This document shows, piece by piece, positions 29,092-39,021 of a stretch of DNA of 64,000 bases (within the stretch, counting starts at the first letter, position 1; every line of letters starts with the position of its first letter). The notes under the pieces were generated by a model, which had not been told where the DNA came from, made no database searches, and worked only from the letters and a program-made list of their open reading frames with translations. The position numbers and the translations under genes are program-made. Source of the stretch: an uncultured archaeon (GTDB lineage: Archaea; Asgardarchaeota; Lokiarchaeia; Sigyniarchaeales; SOKP01). Location: the NCBI GenBank assembly GCA_964493715.1, contig CAZBPC010000003.1:54577-118576 (forward strand), in the 5' to 3' direction.

Positions 29092-30431
29092 TATGAATCC
29101 CCCATTATATTTTCTTTAAATTTACCTGCTATATCTAAAAATTTGTCTAAAGAATCTTTTGAATTTGTTTCAGTAACGCATACTAAAAGTACATTTTTCA
29201 TATTAGGGTAATAATTGGAAATACGCAAAGGAGGAAGTAGATCATTAATTTTGCACTCTTTGACTAATTTATCAATATCAGGACATTTTAATAAGAATTC
29301 ATTGTATGTAGGTTTCGTGTTTAGTATTTTATATCCTGGAATAAGAGCTAATTTTTCCTTCAAATAATGGGTTTTTTGAATATTTTGGGTAGCAATTTCC
29401 CGGAGTCCATAGGAGCCTAAAGATAATAAATATATTAGAGCTGATAAAGCACATAAAGCTTCGTTTGTACAAATATTTGAACTTGCTTTTTCTCTGCGAA
29501 TGTGTTGTTCTCGCGCTTGTAATGTCAGAATAAAGCCTTCTCGCTCCCCATTTAATTCTTTAGTTTTCCCGACTAACCTTCCAGGTATTTTTCTTAAAAA
29601 TTTCTGTTTTGTAGTAAAGATACCAAGTCCAGGTCCACCAAAAGAAGGGCTGATGCCAAAAGATTGACCTTCTGCCACGAAAATATCTACGTCGATTAAA
29701 CCAGGTGGTTTTAAAACACCTAAACAAGTGGGATCAGTCATAAGTTGGACAATTATACAATTTGGAGCTGAATTTTTGATGTTTTTTGAGATTTCTGCTA
29801 CATCTTCTATATCACCGAAGAAATTTGGGCTTTGAATCATAACAGAAGCAATTTCTTCACTCAAATTATATATGAGATCATCTTGAGACATAATTCGTAA
29901 CTCAATATTTTGTCCCCAACAATAGGTTTTCACAACTTCTACATATTCAGGATGTACCCCTTCCATAATTATGACGATATTTTTATTAGTTAATATTGTT
30001 GACATAATTGCGGCTTCAGCTAATGCAGTAGATCCATCATACATACTAGCGTTAGAAACGTCCATTTCCGTTAAACGTGAAATTATAGATTGATATTCAT
30101 AAATTGCTTGAAGATAACCTTGACTTGCTTCAGCTTGATAAGGTGTATAAGCAGTATAAAATTCTGAACGACTAGTTACAAAATCGACTAAAGAGGGAAT
30201 ATAATGATAATAAATTCCAGCACCTAAAAAGCTACTTTGATACATTTTATTTTCCCTCGAGATTTTTTTCAATTTATCTAATAAATCGGGTTCTGATAAT
30301 CCAGGAGGAATATTTAATTGATTCTCGAGTAGATCTTTTGGAATATCATCGAAAAGGTCATCTAATTCTTTAAGTCCTAATTCTTTTAGCATCTCATTAA
30401 TTGTTTTGTCATCATGAGGAATAAAATCCAT
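29091..30431 (-). CDS. gcvPA: Glycine dehydrogenase (decarboxylating) subunit 1
   Basis: TAYTPYQAEASQG, NASMYDG and REQHIRREKASSNICTN; AGGTGA lies 5 nt upstream of the ATG at 30431. Confidence 0.96.
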   Translation of the reverse strand: MDFIPHDDKTINEMLKELGLKELDDLFDDIPKDLLENQLNIPPGLSEPDLLDKLKKISRENKMYQSSFLGAGIYYHYIPSLVDFVTSRSEFYTAYTPYQAEASQGYLQAIYEYQSIISRLTEMDVSNASMYDGSTALAEAAIMSTILTNKNIVIIMEGVHPEYVEVVKTYCWGQNIELRIMSQDDLIYNLSEEIASVMIQSPNFFGDIEDVAEISKNIKNSAPNCIIVQLMTDPTCLGVLKPPGLIDVDIFVAEGQSFGISPSFGGPGLGIFTTKQKFLRKIPGRLVGKTKELNGEREGFILTLQAREQHIRREKASSNICTNEALCALSALIYLLSLGSYGLREIATQNIQKTHYLKEKLALIPGYKILNTKPTYNEFLLKCPDIDKLVKECKINDLLPPLRISNYYPNMKNVLLVCVTETNSKDSLDKFLDIAGKFKENIMGDS

Positions 30432-30489
30432 ATTATTCACCTAATCCATTAAATTTAAAACAAATTTTTTTAAAATGAGAAAAAATATT

Positions 30490-30885
30490 TTAATGCTCTT
30501 CAGATTCTATTATTTTTTCATATTCTTTAACAGAAAGAAGAGTCTCTAATTCATCTGAATGATTAATTTTAATTTTTAATATCCAACCATCACCAAAGGG
30601 AGAAGAATTAACGATTTCAGGAGATTCTTCAAGTTTTTTATTAACTTCGATAATTTCTCCTGAAACTGGTATAAGCAGATCTCCAACTGCTTTGACTGAT
30701 TCTATTTCAGCCACATGACTGCCCTTTTCAAAAATTAAGCCAATATTAGGTAATTCTATAAATACAATATCACCTAACTGGTGTTGCGCATAACTAGTTA
30801 TTCCAACAGTCCCAATATCACCATCAATTCTCACCCATTCGTGAGAAGCAGTATATTTTACATCTTCCCGTAAATTATAATCCAT
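30490..30885 (-). CDS. gcvH: Glycine cleavage system H protein
   Basis: YTASHEW, GITSYAQHQLGD and lipoyl-lysine motif ESVKA. ATG at 30885 is preferred; the track start is 30915. Confidence 0.95.
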   Translation of the reverse strand: MDYNLREDVKYTASHEWVRIDGDIGTVGITSYAQHQLGDIVFIELPNIGLIFEKGSHVAEIESVKAVGDLLIPVSGEIIEVNKKLEESPEIVNSSPFGDGWILKIKINHSDELETLLSVKEYEKIIESEEH

Positions 30886-30907
30886 ATTATTCACTTTTTT
30901 TATGATT

Positions 30908-32020
30908 TCATACATTTCTAAAAAATGGGATAGAAGTTACTAATCCCTTCACCATTTTATCTCGGATCTTAATTTGAATTTCTGTATCAATTTCTTTAAA
31001 TTCTGTTTTTATCAATCCTAGACCAATTGTCTTTTGTAAGGTTGGTGAAAAACCTCCGGAAGTAACATATCCAATTTCTTTTCTGTCTTTATAAATTTTA
31101 TAATCTTGCCTTATTATACCACGATCTATTAATGATAATCCAACAAGTATCCTATCAGTTCCTTTAGATTTCTGTTTTAATAAAACATCTTTGCCAATAT
31201 ATTCAATTCCTTCCTTTGGTTTTACGAGCCAAAATAATCCCGCCTCTATTGGTGTAATTTTGTCATTTATTTCATGACCATAAAGAGAATAAGAAGCTTC
31301 AAGTCTTAAAGAGTCTCTTGCACCTAATCCTGCAGGTGTAGCCCCCAATTTCATTAAAGAATTCCAAACTGTTAATGCGTGTTCATTATCCATTGATAAT
31401 TCAAATCCTTTCTCACCCGTATAACCTGTTCGGGCAATAAAGATTGGTAGATTATTAAGTTTGCAATGCCTAAAATAAAATCGATTAATTTTAGATAAAT
31501 CAGTATCAACGATTGTTTGCAGAAGTTCATCTACTTTAGGACCTTGAAATGCAATGCGAGCTCTTTGATTTGACAGATCCGTGATTTCAACATCCCAGTC
31601 TCTAATGTGAGTATTTAACCATTTAAAATCCTTCTCGATATTACTTGCATTAACAATCATTCGAAATCTTTGGGGGGTCTCTTCATAATAAACCAAATCG
31701 TCAACTACTGTTCCATTTTCGTAACACATACAAGAATATTGCCCCTTTGAAGGTTCCAATAGGTTTAAATCATTAATCATTACATATTGGAGGAAAGGGA
31801 ATATATCTTCCCCTTCAAGGAGAAATTCTCCCATATGTGATATATCAAAAATGCCAACATTAGTTCTCACTGCGTTGTGCTCTCTAATAATACTTTCATA
31901 TTGTACAGGCATGCTAAAGCCAGAAAAGTCTACCATTTTCGCTCCTAAGTTAATATGAGCACCGTAAAGCTGAGTTTTTTTCGATTCGGTAATAATTTCC
32001 ACACCATTTATACTAATCAT
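30908..32020 (-). CDS. gcvT: Glycine cleavage system aminomethyltransferase T
   Basis: FDISHMG, RTGYTGEKGFE, GLGARDSLRLEA and GYVTSG. Confidence 0.96.
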   Translation of the reverse strand: MISINGVEIITESKKTQLYGAHINLGAKMVDFSGFSMPVQYESIIREHNAVRTNVGIFDISHMGEFLLEGEDIFPFLQYVMINDLNLLEPSKGQYSCMCYENGTVVDDLVYYEETPQRFRMIVNASNIEKDFKWLNTHIRDWDVEITDLSNQRARIAFQGPKVDELLQTIVDTDLSKINRFYFRHCKLNNLPIFIARTGYTGEKGFELSMDNEHALTVWNSLMKLGATPAGLGARDSLRLEASYSLYGHEINDKITPIEAGLFWLVKPKEGIEYIGKDVLLKQKSKGTDRILVGLSLIDRGIIRQDYKIYKDRKEIGYVTSGGFSPTLQKTIGLGLIKTEFKEIDTEIQIKIRDKMVKGLVTSIPFFRNV

Positions 32021-32134
32021 GTAATATTGAGAGTATAAAGTTCTCAGAATTATTTAAATTTTCAGTCTTATATTTAAAGAAGAACATTCGAGAAAAAAAT
32101 GGGTATTAATAGATGCATACTTTATTCTTGGTAA

Positions 32135-32668
32135 TTATTCTTCTACAGGAATCTCAACAAGACTCAAAACGTCATATCCTTCTAATTTTTGTTTTCCATG
32201 TAAACTCCCAGTTAGTTCTATTACAAACACTACTCCTTCAACAATTCCTCCCGCTTTTTCTATTAAATTACAAGCAGCTTTTGAAGTACCACCCGTTGCT
32301 AACAAATCATCAAATAATAAAACCTTTTCTCCTTTATCAATAGCATCAACATGCATCTCTATTTTATCTTTTCCATATTCTAGATCGTATTCTTCAGTAA
32401 TTACTTTTGCAGGTAATTTACCTGGCTTTCTAATCAAAATAAAACCAGCACCAAGATGATATGCAATAACACCCCCCCAAATATAACCTCTAGCTTCAAT
32501 TGCAGCAACTTTAGTAATTCCTCTATTTTTGAAATGCTCAATTATTATATCATTAGACTCTTTAAAAGCAGCGGGATCTTTAGCTAATGTTGTAATATCT
32601 TTAAATTGAATTCCTTCAATAGGGAAATTTGGAACATTACGTATGTATTTTAACAAATCCATCTTCAT
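32135..32668 (-). CDS. apt: Adenine phosphoribosyltransferase
   Basis: FPIEGIQFKDIT, EARG, RKPGKLP, YDLEYG and DDLLATGGT. Confidence 0.95.
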   Translation of the reverse strand: MKMDLLKYIRNVPNFPIEGIQFKDITTLAKDPAAFKESNDIIIEHFKNRGITKVAAIEARGYIWGGVIAYHLGAGFILIRKPGKLPAKVITEEYDLEYGKDKIEMHVDAIDKGEKVLLFDDLLATGGTSKAACNLIEKAGGIVEGVVFVIELTGSLHGKQKLEGYDVLSLVEIPVEE

Positions 32669-32929
32669 TCATCCAATATATCTTTTAGATTTAATATATT
32701 TTAAATTAGGTAATTAAAAATATTATTTAATTGAATCGTCATAATTTATTAGTACAAAAAACTCAAAGCAAGTTAAAATTAAATAAAATTAAATAAATAT
32801 CAATTTATACAAATTATATCAGACGATTTAATTATTAATTTAAACTCAAGAGATTTTCATTAATTTCAAATTAAATTTATTTTAATAATCATAATTATAA
32901 ATAAAATCATCATAAAAAGGTGAAAACTT

Positions 32930-33883
32930 TTTAAAATACTTTTATTTGGTCCAGAAAATGCCGGAAAAACAAGCTTGATGAGAACAACTTGCTTGGGATA
33001 TAATTTTATGAAAGTTTTAAATCTTAAACCTACGAAAAGTATATCTAGAGAGAATTTTATCTTTAGAGGTATAATGGAAATCAATTTGTGGGACGCTGGT
33101 GGACAATCTCATTACATGGAGAAATATTTTTCCGAATCTCATCGAGAATTAGTATTTTCAGAGGTAACGACCGCAGTTTTTATGGTTGACTCGACTGTTA
33201 TTGAAGATCGTATTAAAGAGATTTTTGATAAATTCTTAAATTACATTTTCGAATTTAGTCCACATATAAATCTGGTTTATGTCTTGCTAAATAAAATTGA
33301 TCTTCAAGAATCTGAAGAAGATAAAGTCTATGAATTACTGACTAAGGGATTATCTGATGAATTAAAAAATAGATTAGCGTTTACTCCCGTATCAGTTAAG
33401 GAAGGTAGCGCACAACATCGACTAATCGAAATCCTTGATTTTGAAATTCAACAAAATACACTTTCATTACAACGTCTTGGAAAAATCCGACATCTCTTGG
33501 ATGAATTAAAAGTAAACACACTATCTGAATACCTTCTATTCAACCAACCAGATGGTTTATTAATTGCATCAACCTTGGGGAAGTTTGAAAGCAAACCTTT
33601 ACAATTTATGAAGTTTGAAATTGGTACATTAGATTCTAATATCTATCAAATTTTCTCAAAAATAATGGAATTATTAAATTCTGATATCTCACCATTAGAA
33701 CTATCGACTGTTATTTATGAAAGTGAAGAAAAATATATTTTAATTAAAGAAGTCAGTAATAATACAGTTTTAATGGCAGTTACCAAGAGTAAGAATGAGG
33801 AAGCATTTGTTACAATAATAAAAACTCTGAGTGGGGAAAATTTTAACAACCTAAAACAATATTTAAGCAATGTGAATTTTTAA
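32930..33883 (+). CDS. RagA/Gtr1-like GTPase with a C-terminal roadblock/longin-like domain (start codon uncertain)
   Basis: In-frame P-loop KILLFGPENAGKTS lies upstream of the track start (32975). Also PT, LWDAGGQSHYMEKYF, NKID and C-terminal LLFNQPDGLLIAS. Confidence 0.8.
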   Translation, partial: FKILLFGPENAGKTSLMRTTCLGYNFMKVLNLKPTKSISRENFIFRGIMEINLWDAGGQSHYMEKYFSESHRELVFSEVTTAVFMVDSTVIEDRIKEIFDKFLNYIFEFSPHINLVYVLLNKIDLQESEEDKVYELLTKGLSDELKNRLAFTPVSVKEGSAQHRLIEILDFEIQQNTLSLQRLGKIRHLLDELKVNTLSEYLLFNQPDGLLIASTLGKFESKPLQFMKFEIGTLDSNIYQIFSKIMELLNSDISPLELSTVIYESEEKYILIKEVSNNTVLMAVTKSKNEEAFVTIIKTLSGENFNNLKQYLSNVNF

Positions 33884-33939
33884 TTCATTTCTTTTTTTAA
33901 AAAATAAAATATAAAAAAATTAAACAGAAGAATAAAGAT

Positions 33940-34782
33940 TTATTCCTCTTTATCATGCAAATGAATCTTCTTAAGCATGTGTTGTTTTGCATGATGAGGT
34001 CTTCTAATAACAGTATCATTAGATTTCTCAATTTCTCTTGCTTGGTCACACATTAATGCAGCAGTCCTCATCATTTCGTGAGCTGCTGCTAATAAGGGCA
34101 TGTATTCCTCTCTATCTTTTAACACAAAGCAAGCTTTAGCTGTAACTTTTGATACAGAAGCAGCTAGCTCAAATGCTGCGATTGCTTTTGCTTCTGCATA
34201 GGGATTAGAGAAATTAGCTTCTTTCGTTGCGATAGTGGCATCAATGGTAATTTGTGGTAAAGAAGGCATTCTTCCTTCCAACATGTCCATTATTACTTTA
34301 TTCAATTCCTTAGCAATTACTTGTAGCGCTCCCGTAATAGCTAATACCTTCAAGAGATCAGCATTGAAACAACTCATTTCAACAGGATCCAAGAATGGTC
34401 TTCTTGCACCTATCATACTATCGCAATTGACTAATATGAATCCCATATTTTTCTCTTTTATTTCATCAATTGCTTTCTTAGCAGGTGCGTCTGAAATTAT
34501 TATTGTTGGGATCCCAGCAGAATGAGCCATTTCTCTTGCTTTCAATGGACCCTTAAGAGCCGCGTTGGGACTTGACATTAGTATTAATTCTGGTTTAAAT
34601 TCCAAGAGTGTCTTCATTGTCTCTTCGCATTCTTCAGTAGGATTCATTTTTGCGCCGGAGGTTACTTCTCGCACTTTTAATCGCGTAGCTTCAGCTCGTT
34701 CATCCATTAAAAATGCAAGTAAAAGAGAACTTCCGATAGTCCCATTCTTGAGTATACCAACGCTTAAAATTTTTTCTGACAT
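33940..34782 (-). CDS. mtd: F420-dependent methylene-H4MPT dehydrogenase
   Basis: MDERAE, SGAKM, SPN, DSMIGARRPFLDPVEM, FSNPYAEAKA, AAAHEMMR and RRPH. Confidence 0.94.
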   Translation of the reverse strand: MSEKILSVGILKNGTIGSSLLLAFLMDERAEATRLKVREVTSGAKMNPTEECEETMKTLLEFKPELILMSSPNAALKGPLKAREMAHSAGIPTIIISDAPAKKAIDEIKEKNMGFILVNCDSMIGARRPFLDPVEMSCFNADLLKVLAITGALQVIAKELNKVIMDMLEGRMPSLPQITIDATIATKEANFSNPYAEAKAIAAFELAASVSKVTAKACFVLKDREEYMPLLAAAHEMMRTAALMCDQAREIEKSNDTVIRRPHHAKQHMLKKIHLHDKEE

Positions 34783-35196
34783 TTTTTTCAACTTTAGAGT
34801 TTGCTAATTTTACTAGATAATATTATTTTTCATACTTTAAAAAAAAAACCACCTATTTGTTTGGGTATTTAACCTTTTAATTTTTTAAATATGAGTAGAT
34901 ACACAAAATACAAAAAGCTCTCAGTAATATCAAGCGATTTAAATTAATATTGGAATATCTAAATAATATTCTGATATAAAAATTAGCTCTGTCAAGCAAT
35001 CATAATAACTAACTATCGTTTTATATTTTTTATTATTTTTATGTTCTACCAACGAATAAAACAAGCTAAACTGACAGATATATATGATTCAAGGCTTAAT
35101 TCTATAGGTGTGAATCCCAGTTTTTTCCGTAGATACCTAAGAAAATGGCGCAAAAAAAACCAACTTGACAAAAATTAATAAAATAAGAATTTATTA

Positions 35197-36033
35197 TTAT
35201 AATTCGGTCATTTTCATGGTTATATCCCATAATTTATTAGCATATTCTTCGTTATAGGAATCTTCCGAGGATTTTTGCTCTTGTTTGTTGATGAAGTATT
35301 TCCCTGTTATTCCTTCTACTTCTGGTGAAGATGCTAAATATATGGATGTTTCAGCTGCTTTTTCAGGACTTTTAAAAAAGCGTCTTACAATACCTTTTTT
35401 TGGTTTATTTCTATCCATTCCCAAATTGGTATTTACAACTCCAGGATGAATCAAGTTCAGGGTAACTCCCGTCCCTTCTAATCTTCTGCTGAGTTCATAT
35501 GATGTTAATATTAGAGCTAATTTTGAATCTCCATATAGCCCCATAAAACGGCGTTTTTTATTCTCGCCTTGTAGATCTTCAAAATTAATGGTCCCATATT
35601 TATGTGCTGCTGAAGCTATATTGATAATTCTGCTTGGAGCACTTTTTTTCAATAAGTCAAGCAATAAGTTTGTTAATAAAAATGGCGCTAGATGATTTAC
35701 AGCAAAATTCATCTCGAATCCATCAACCGATAATTCTCTTTTCGAGAGCATGATCCCAGCATTATTTATTAACACGTGCAAATTTTGGTATTTAGTCTTG
35801 AATTCAGCAGCCAATTTTCGAATGGAATCAAATGATGATAAATCACATAAGAGTAAATCCACGCGTTTGTTCCCTGTCTTCTCGATGATCTCTTTTTGTG
35901 CCGATTCTCCTCGTTCCTTATTTCTACAAACCATTATTACATGTGCATTCAACTTTGCTAACCCTATTGCCGTAGCATACCCAATACCCGAATTTGCCCC
36001 TGTGATAAGGCAGATCTTTCCTTCCATATTCAT
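35197..36033 (-). CDS. SDR-family oxidoreductase (retinol dehydrogenase-like)
   Basis: TGANSGIG, NNAG, VNHLAPFLLT, YGDSK and HPGVV. Confidence 0.9.
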   Translation of the reverse strand: MNMEGKICLITGANSGIGYATAIGLAKLNAHVIMVCRNKERGESAQKEIIEKTGNKRVDLLLCDLSSFDSIRKLAAEFKTKYQNLHVLINNAGIMLSKRELSVDGFEMNFAVNHLAPFLLTNLLLDLLKKSAPSRIINIASAAHKYGTINFEDLQGENKKRRFMGLYGDSKLALILTSYELSRRLEGTGVTLNLIHPGVVNTNLGMDRNKPKKGIVRRFFKSPEKAAETSIYLASSPEVEGITGKYFINKQEQKSSEDSYNEEYANKLWDITMKMTEL

Positions 36034-36317
36034 ATTGTATTCAACTCAATTAAAATATTAACAGTGAAACTAGTTTTAAGTGTTAATTTTGAATTGTTTA
36101 AATATTATTTCTACTTTTTGATAATAAATTATTGATTAATTTTCGATAGAATCATGTAGGATTAATTTTTTCAAAAAAAATAGATTTCTAAATCTAATAA
36201 TTTTAGACTATCCTTTAAATAAGAGTTAGTGAATTTCTTAAACTTTTATATAAAATTGAGGTCTATTAGTATTACCGAATTATTGTTGATAAAAACTATA
36301 TTGGAGTTGATTAAAAA

Positions 36318-37229
36318 ATGGAATTGAATGGTGTAGAAATAGAAGATACATTCTGCGAAGCGTTCGGAGCAGTTTTCACCAGAATTTTAGTGACGGCAAA
36401 AAATGAAAAATGGGCAAATATTGCAGCTCAAGTAGCGACGGGATATGGTACTTCAACAATTCATTGTGATTCCGAAGCGGGAATTGATGTAGTATTATCT
36501 GCAGATAAAACCCCGGACAAACGTCCTGGTGTTGTATTGATGTTTTTCAAAACGAAGAAGGATCAAATGGATAATGTTTTATTAAATAGAGTTGGTCAAT
36601 GTATCTTAACTTGTCCTACAACTGCTTGTTTTGATGTTTTAAATGGATCTTTAGAACCAGAAAAAGATTTTGAAATTAAAACGGGATATAAGCTTAAGTT
36701 TTTTGGAGATAAATTTGAGGAAAAGATTGAGGGTAAATTTCCTTTTGAAGCGTGGCGTATACCTGTAATGGACGGAGAATTTGTTGTTCAAAGTATTTTT
36801 AAAGTTGGAAAAGGAGTAGCAGGTGGGAATTTCTTAATTATGGCAGAAAACCAAGATGCGGGTCTTACAAGCGCTGAAGCCGCTGTTAAAGCAATGGAAG
36901 GTATTGAGAACGTTATTGCTCCATTTCCTGGAGGAGTAGCTAGATCTGGAAGTAAAGTAGGGTCTAAATACTCATTTTTGAATGCCTCTACAAATGATCC
37001 CTTATGTCCTACACTTAGAACTAAAATTGAAAATTCATTACTAAGAGAAAATGATAATTGTGTATACGAAGTAATCTTAGATGGTGCCACTGAAGAAGCA
37101 ATGAAAAAAGCAATGAAGGTTGGAATAAAAGCTGCTGTTAAAGTTGACGGAGTTAAACGAATTAGTGCAGGCAATTACGGGGGAAAATTGGGTAAATTTC
37201 AATATCGCTTGTATGATATTTTAAAATAA
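36318..37229 (+). CDS. ftr: Formylmethanofuran--H4MPT N-formyltransferase
   Basis: IEDTFCEAF, TPDKRPG, RVGQCILTCPT, GVAGGN, PFPGGVARSGSKVGS and SAGNYGGKLG; GGAG RBS upstream. Confidence 0.96.
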   Translation: MELNGVEIEDTFCEAFGAVFTRILVTAKNEKWANIAAQVATGYGTSTIHCDSEAGIDVVLSADKTPDKRPGVVLMFFKTKKDQMDNVLLNRVGQCILTCPTTACFDVLNGSLEPEKDFEIKTGYKLKFFGDKFEEKIEGKFPFEAWRIPVMDGEFVVQSIFKVGKGVAGGNFLIMAENQDAGLTSAEAAVKAMEGIENVIAPFPGGVARSGSKVGSKYSFLNASTNDPLCPTLRTKIENSLLRENDNCVYEVILDGATEEAMKKAMKVGIKAAVKVDGVKRISAGNYGGKLGKFQYRLYDILK

Positions 37230-37308
37230 TGAAAAAAGATAAGAAATAATTCAATTATAATTTTATTTTAAACTTTTTTCTCTTTTTTTAGTTTCAAATT
37301 AATAAGAA

Positions 37309-39015
37309 TTAGTTTAATCTTCTTTTGATTTTCCTCTGAGGGGCAGTTGTAGTTTCAGTTTCAGATTCAATTGTTTTATATTCAGTATCGTCTGGTTTCT
37401 CAATATCTACTTGCTCTTGCTTTTTTTCTGGTTTGATTGGTTTCGGAGCTTTTCCCTTACTTGCTTTTTGTTTTTCTTTAGTCATTTTAGTACTTGTTGA
37501 TTTATATCTACTATATCCAAAACCAAAACCAAATATTATTCCAATGCCTAAACCAGAAAATAAAGCTATCCAAGGAAGGTTGGCTGAAATTAAATCGGGT
37601 ATGATTCTAATTTCCTGTGGTCCAATATTGATATCAGTTGTTAAATCAGTTTTAGCACCGTCAGCATCTATTACTGAAAGGTATACATACCAGACACCAG
37701 ATATTAATTCTTCAGTTCTTATGACCAATTCCATATTTGCGCTATATCTGTTAGTTATATTATACCAATTGTTATTTTCATCCAATAACGATACTGTAAT
37801 ATAAGCAATAGTGTTTTCTACATCAGAAACATTGAATGTGAAGATAAGATCATTACCATAGTTGACTGAAACCTGTTGTTCAATTGATATACTATTAATC
37901 CAATAATTATGAATTTTTGGGGCGTTATTTAAAACATTAAGTGTTGTTGTATAATTTGCTATTGCCCCATACTGGTCTTCTGCTTCTATAGTCACTTGAT
38001 ATATACCAACAGGTCTATTTATAGAAATAGAAAAAGTCCTGCTAAATGTCCAATCATTATTGTTAGTCAAAGTTAAGGGCGACAAATCTTGGCCATTAGA
38101 CGCTTTTAATTTTAAAGTGACTGTAATATTTTCGGGTCCTGTCAATGGATCTATATCTGTCACGTTTAGATTGAGCTCACAATCTTCAGCCCTTTTTAAA
38201 GGGTTTTTAGAAAAGTCTATAGAAGCCTCCACTATAGTGGGAACTGTTGCCAATACCTTAAAGGGTATATAGGTTGCCGCTAATTTACTGCTTAATGTAT
38301 CTGACATGTTGATCTTAACGAAATAGTTAATATCAGACATTTCAAAATTATCAGTAATATTAAATGTGAAATGATCAATATCCATACCAAGATCATATAA
38401 TGTAGATTGAATGGATTCATTGTCGCTATCGACAACAGCAACATTCCATTCAAAGATATAAGGCCCAAAATTAGTTACAATTATTTCACCATATACATTT
38501 TGGTTTCTCTGATATTCATTATGGTTTACAAATCCTAAATAATTCGATTTAATAGTAATATTAGTTTTTGTTGTCTGATCATTTAACTGCACCATTGAAA
38601 CATCAAAAATTCGAAAACTAATATTATGAAATCCTAAAGGGGCATCATATTCAGGTATATATACATATGTAAAGAAATCTGTTCCCGTTTTCTCCATTTC
38701 ATATTCTCTTGGAGTAATATCATTAAATTCTATTCTCATAAATGTAGAGTTAGCTCCAGAGAATCCTGATGTATTTACTTCAAATTTTATGGGGTCGAAC
38801 ACTCGATAGGCGCTGGTTGCATTTCTTGTAATAGCCGAATAATTTAGGAATGAGTCGTTGCCAGAAACATTTAAGAAATTTACACTATTGCTCCCCCTAA
38901 AATCTTGTGAAGTGATTTTTTGGTTTGCGTTAGGAATAAAACATATACATATAATTAATACTATAACAAACGAGATAATTAAAATCCTATCAATTTTTTT
39001 GTTCACACTATTCAT
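37309..39015 (-). CDS. Membrane-anchored surface protein with beta-rich Ig-like repeats
   Basis: N-terminal hydrophobic signal, many N-x-S/T sequons, repeated beta-sandwich-like motifs (GIYQVTIEAEDQYG, GVWYVYLSVIDADG), C-terminal TM and K/E-rich tail. Confidence 0.7.
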   Translation of the reverse strand: MNSVNKKIDRILIISFVIVLIICICFIPNANQKITSQDFRGSNSVNFLNVSGNDSFLNYSAITRNATSAYRVFDPIKFEVNTSGFSGANSTFMRIEFNDITPREYEMEKTGTDFFTYVYIPEYDAPLGFHNISFRIFDVSMVQLNDQTTKTNITIKSNYLGFVNHNEYQRNQNVYGEIIVTNFGPYIFEWNVAVVDSDNESIQSTLYDLGMDIDHFTFNITDNFEMSDINYFVKINMSDTLSSKLAATYIPFKVLATVPTIVEASIDFSKNPLKRAEDCELNLNVTDIDPLTGPENITVTLKLKASNGQDLSPLTLTNNNDWTFSRTFSISINRPVGIYQVTIEAEDQYGAIANYTTTLNVLNNAPKIHNYWINSISIEQQVSVNYGNDLIFTFNVSDVENTIAYITVSLLDENNNWYNITNRYSANMELVIRTEELISGVWYVYLSVIDADGAKTDLTTDINIGPQEIRIIPDLISANLPWIALFSGLGIGIIFGFGFGYSRYKSTSTKMTKEKQKASKGKAPKPIKPEKKQEQVDIEKPDDTEYKTIESETETTTAPQRKIKRRLN

Positions 39016-39021
39016 TTTTAA

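Noticed and set aside
32921-32923. Read-through of the in-frame TGA upstream of the Rag-like gene
   Set aside because: The upstream in-frame sequence is AT-rich and non-coding-like with no start codon nearby, and the TGA is part of an AGGTGA RBS-like motif.
36181-36196. Inverted repeat TAGATTT-N2-AAATCTA upstream of ftr, with similar half-sites at 4956-4974 and 62022-62043, as a shared operator
   Set aside because: Spacing and orientation differ between sites, and such 7-mers are plausible by chance in AT-rich intergenic DNA.
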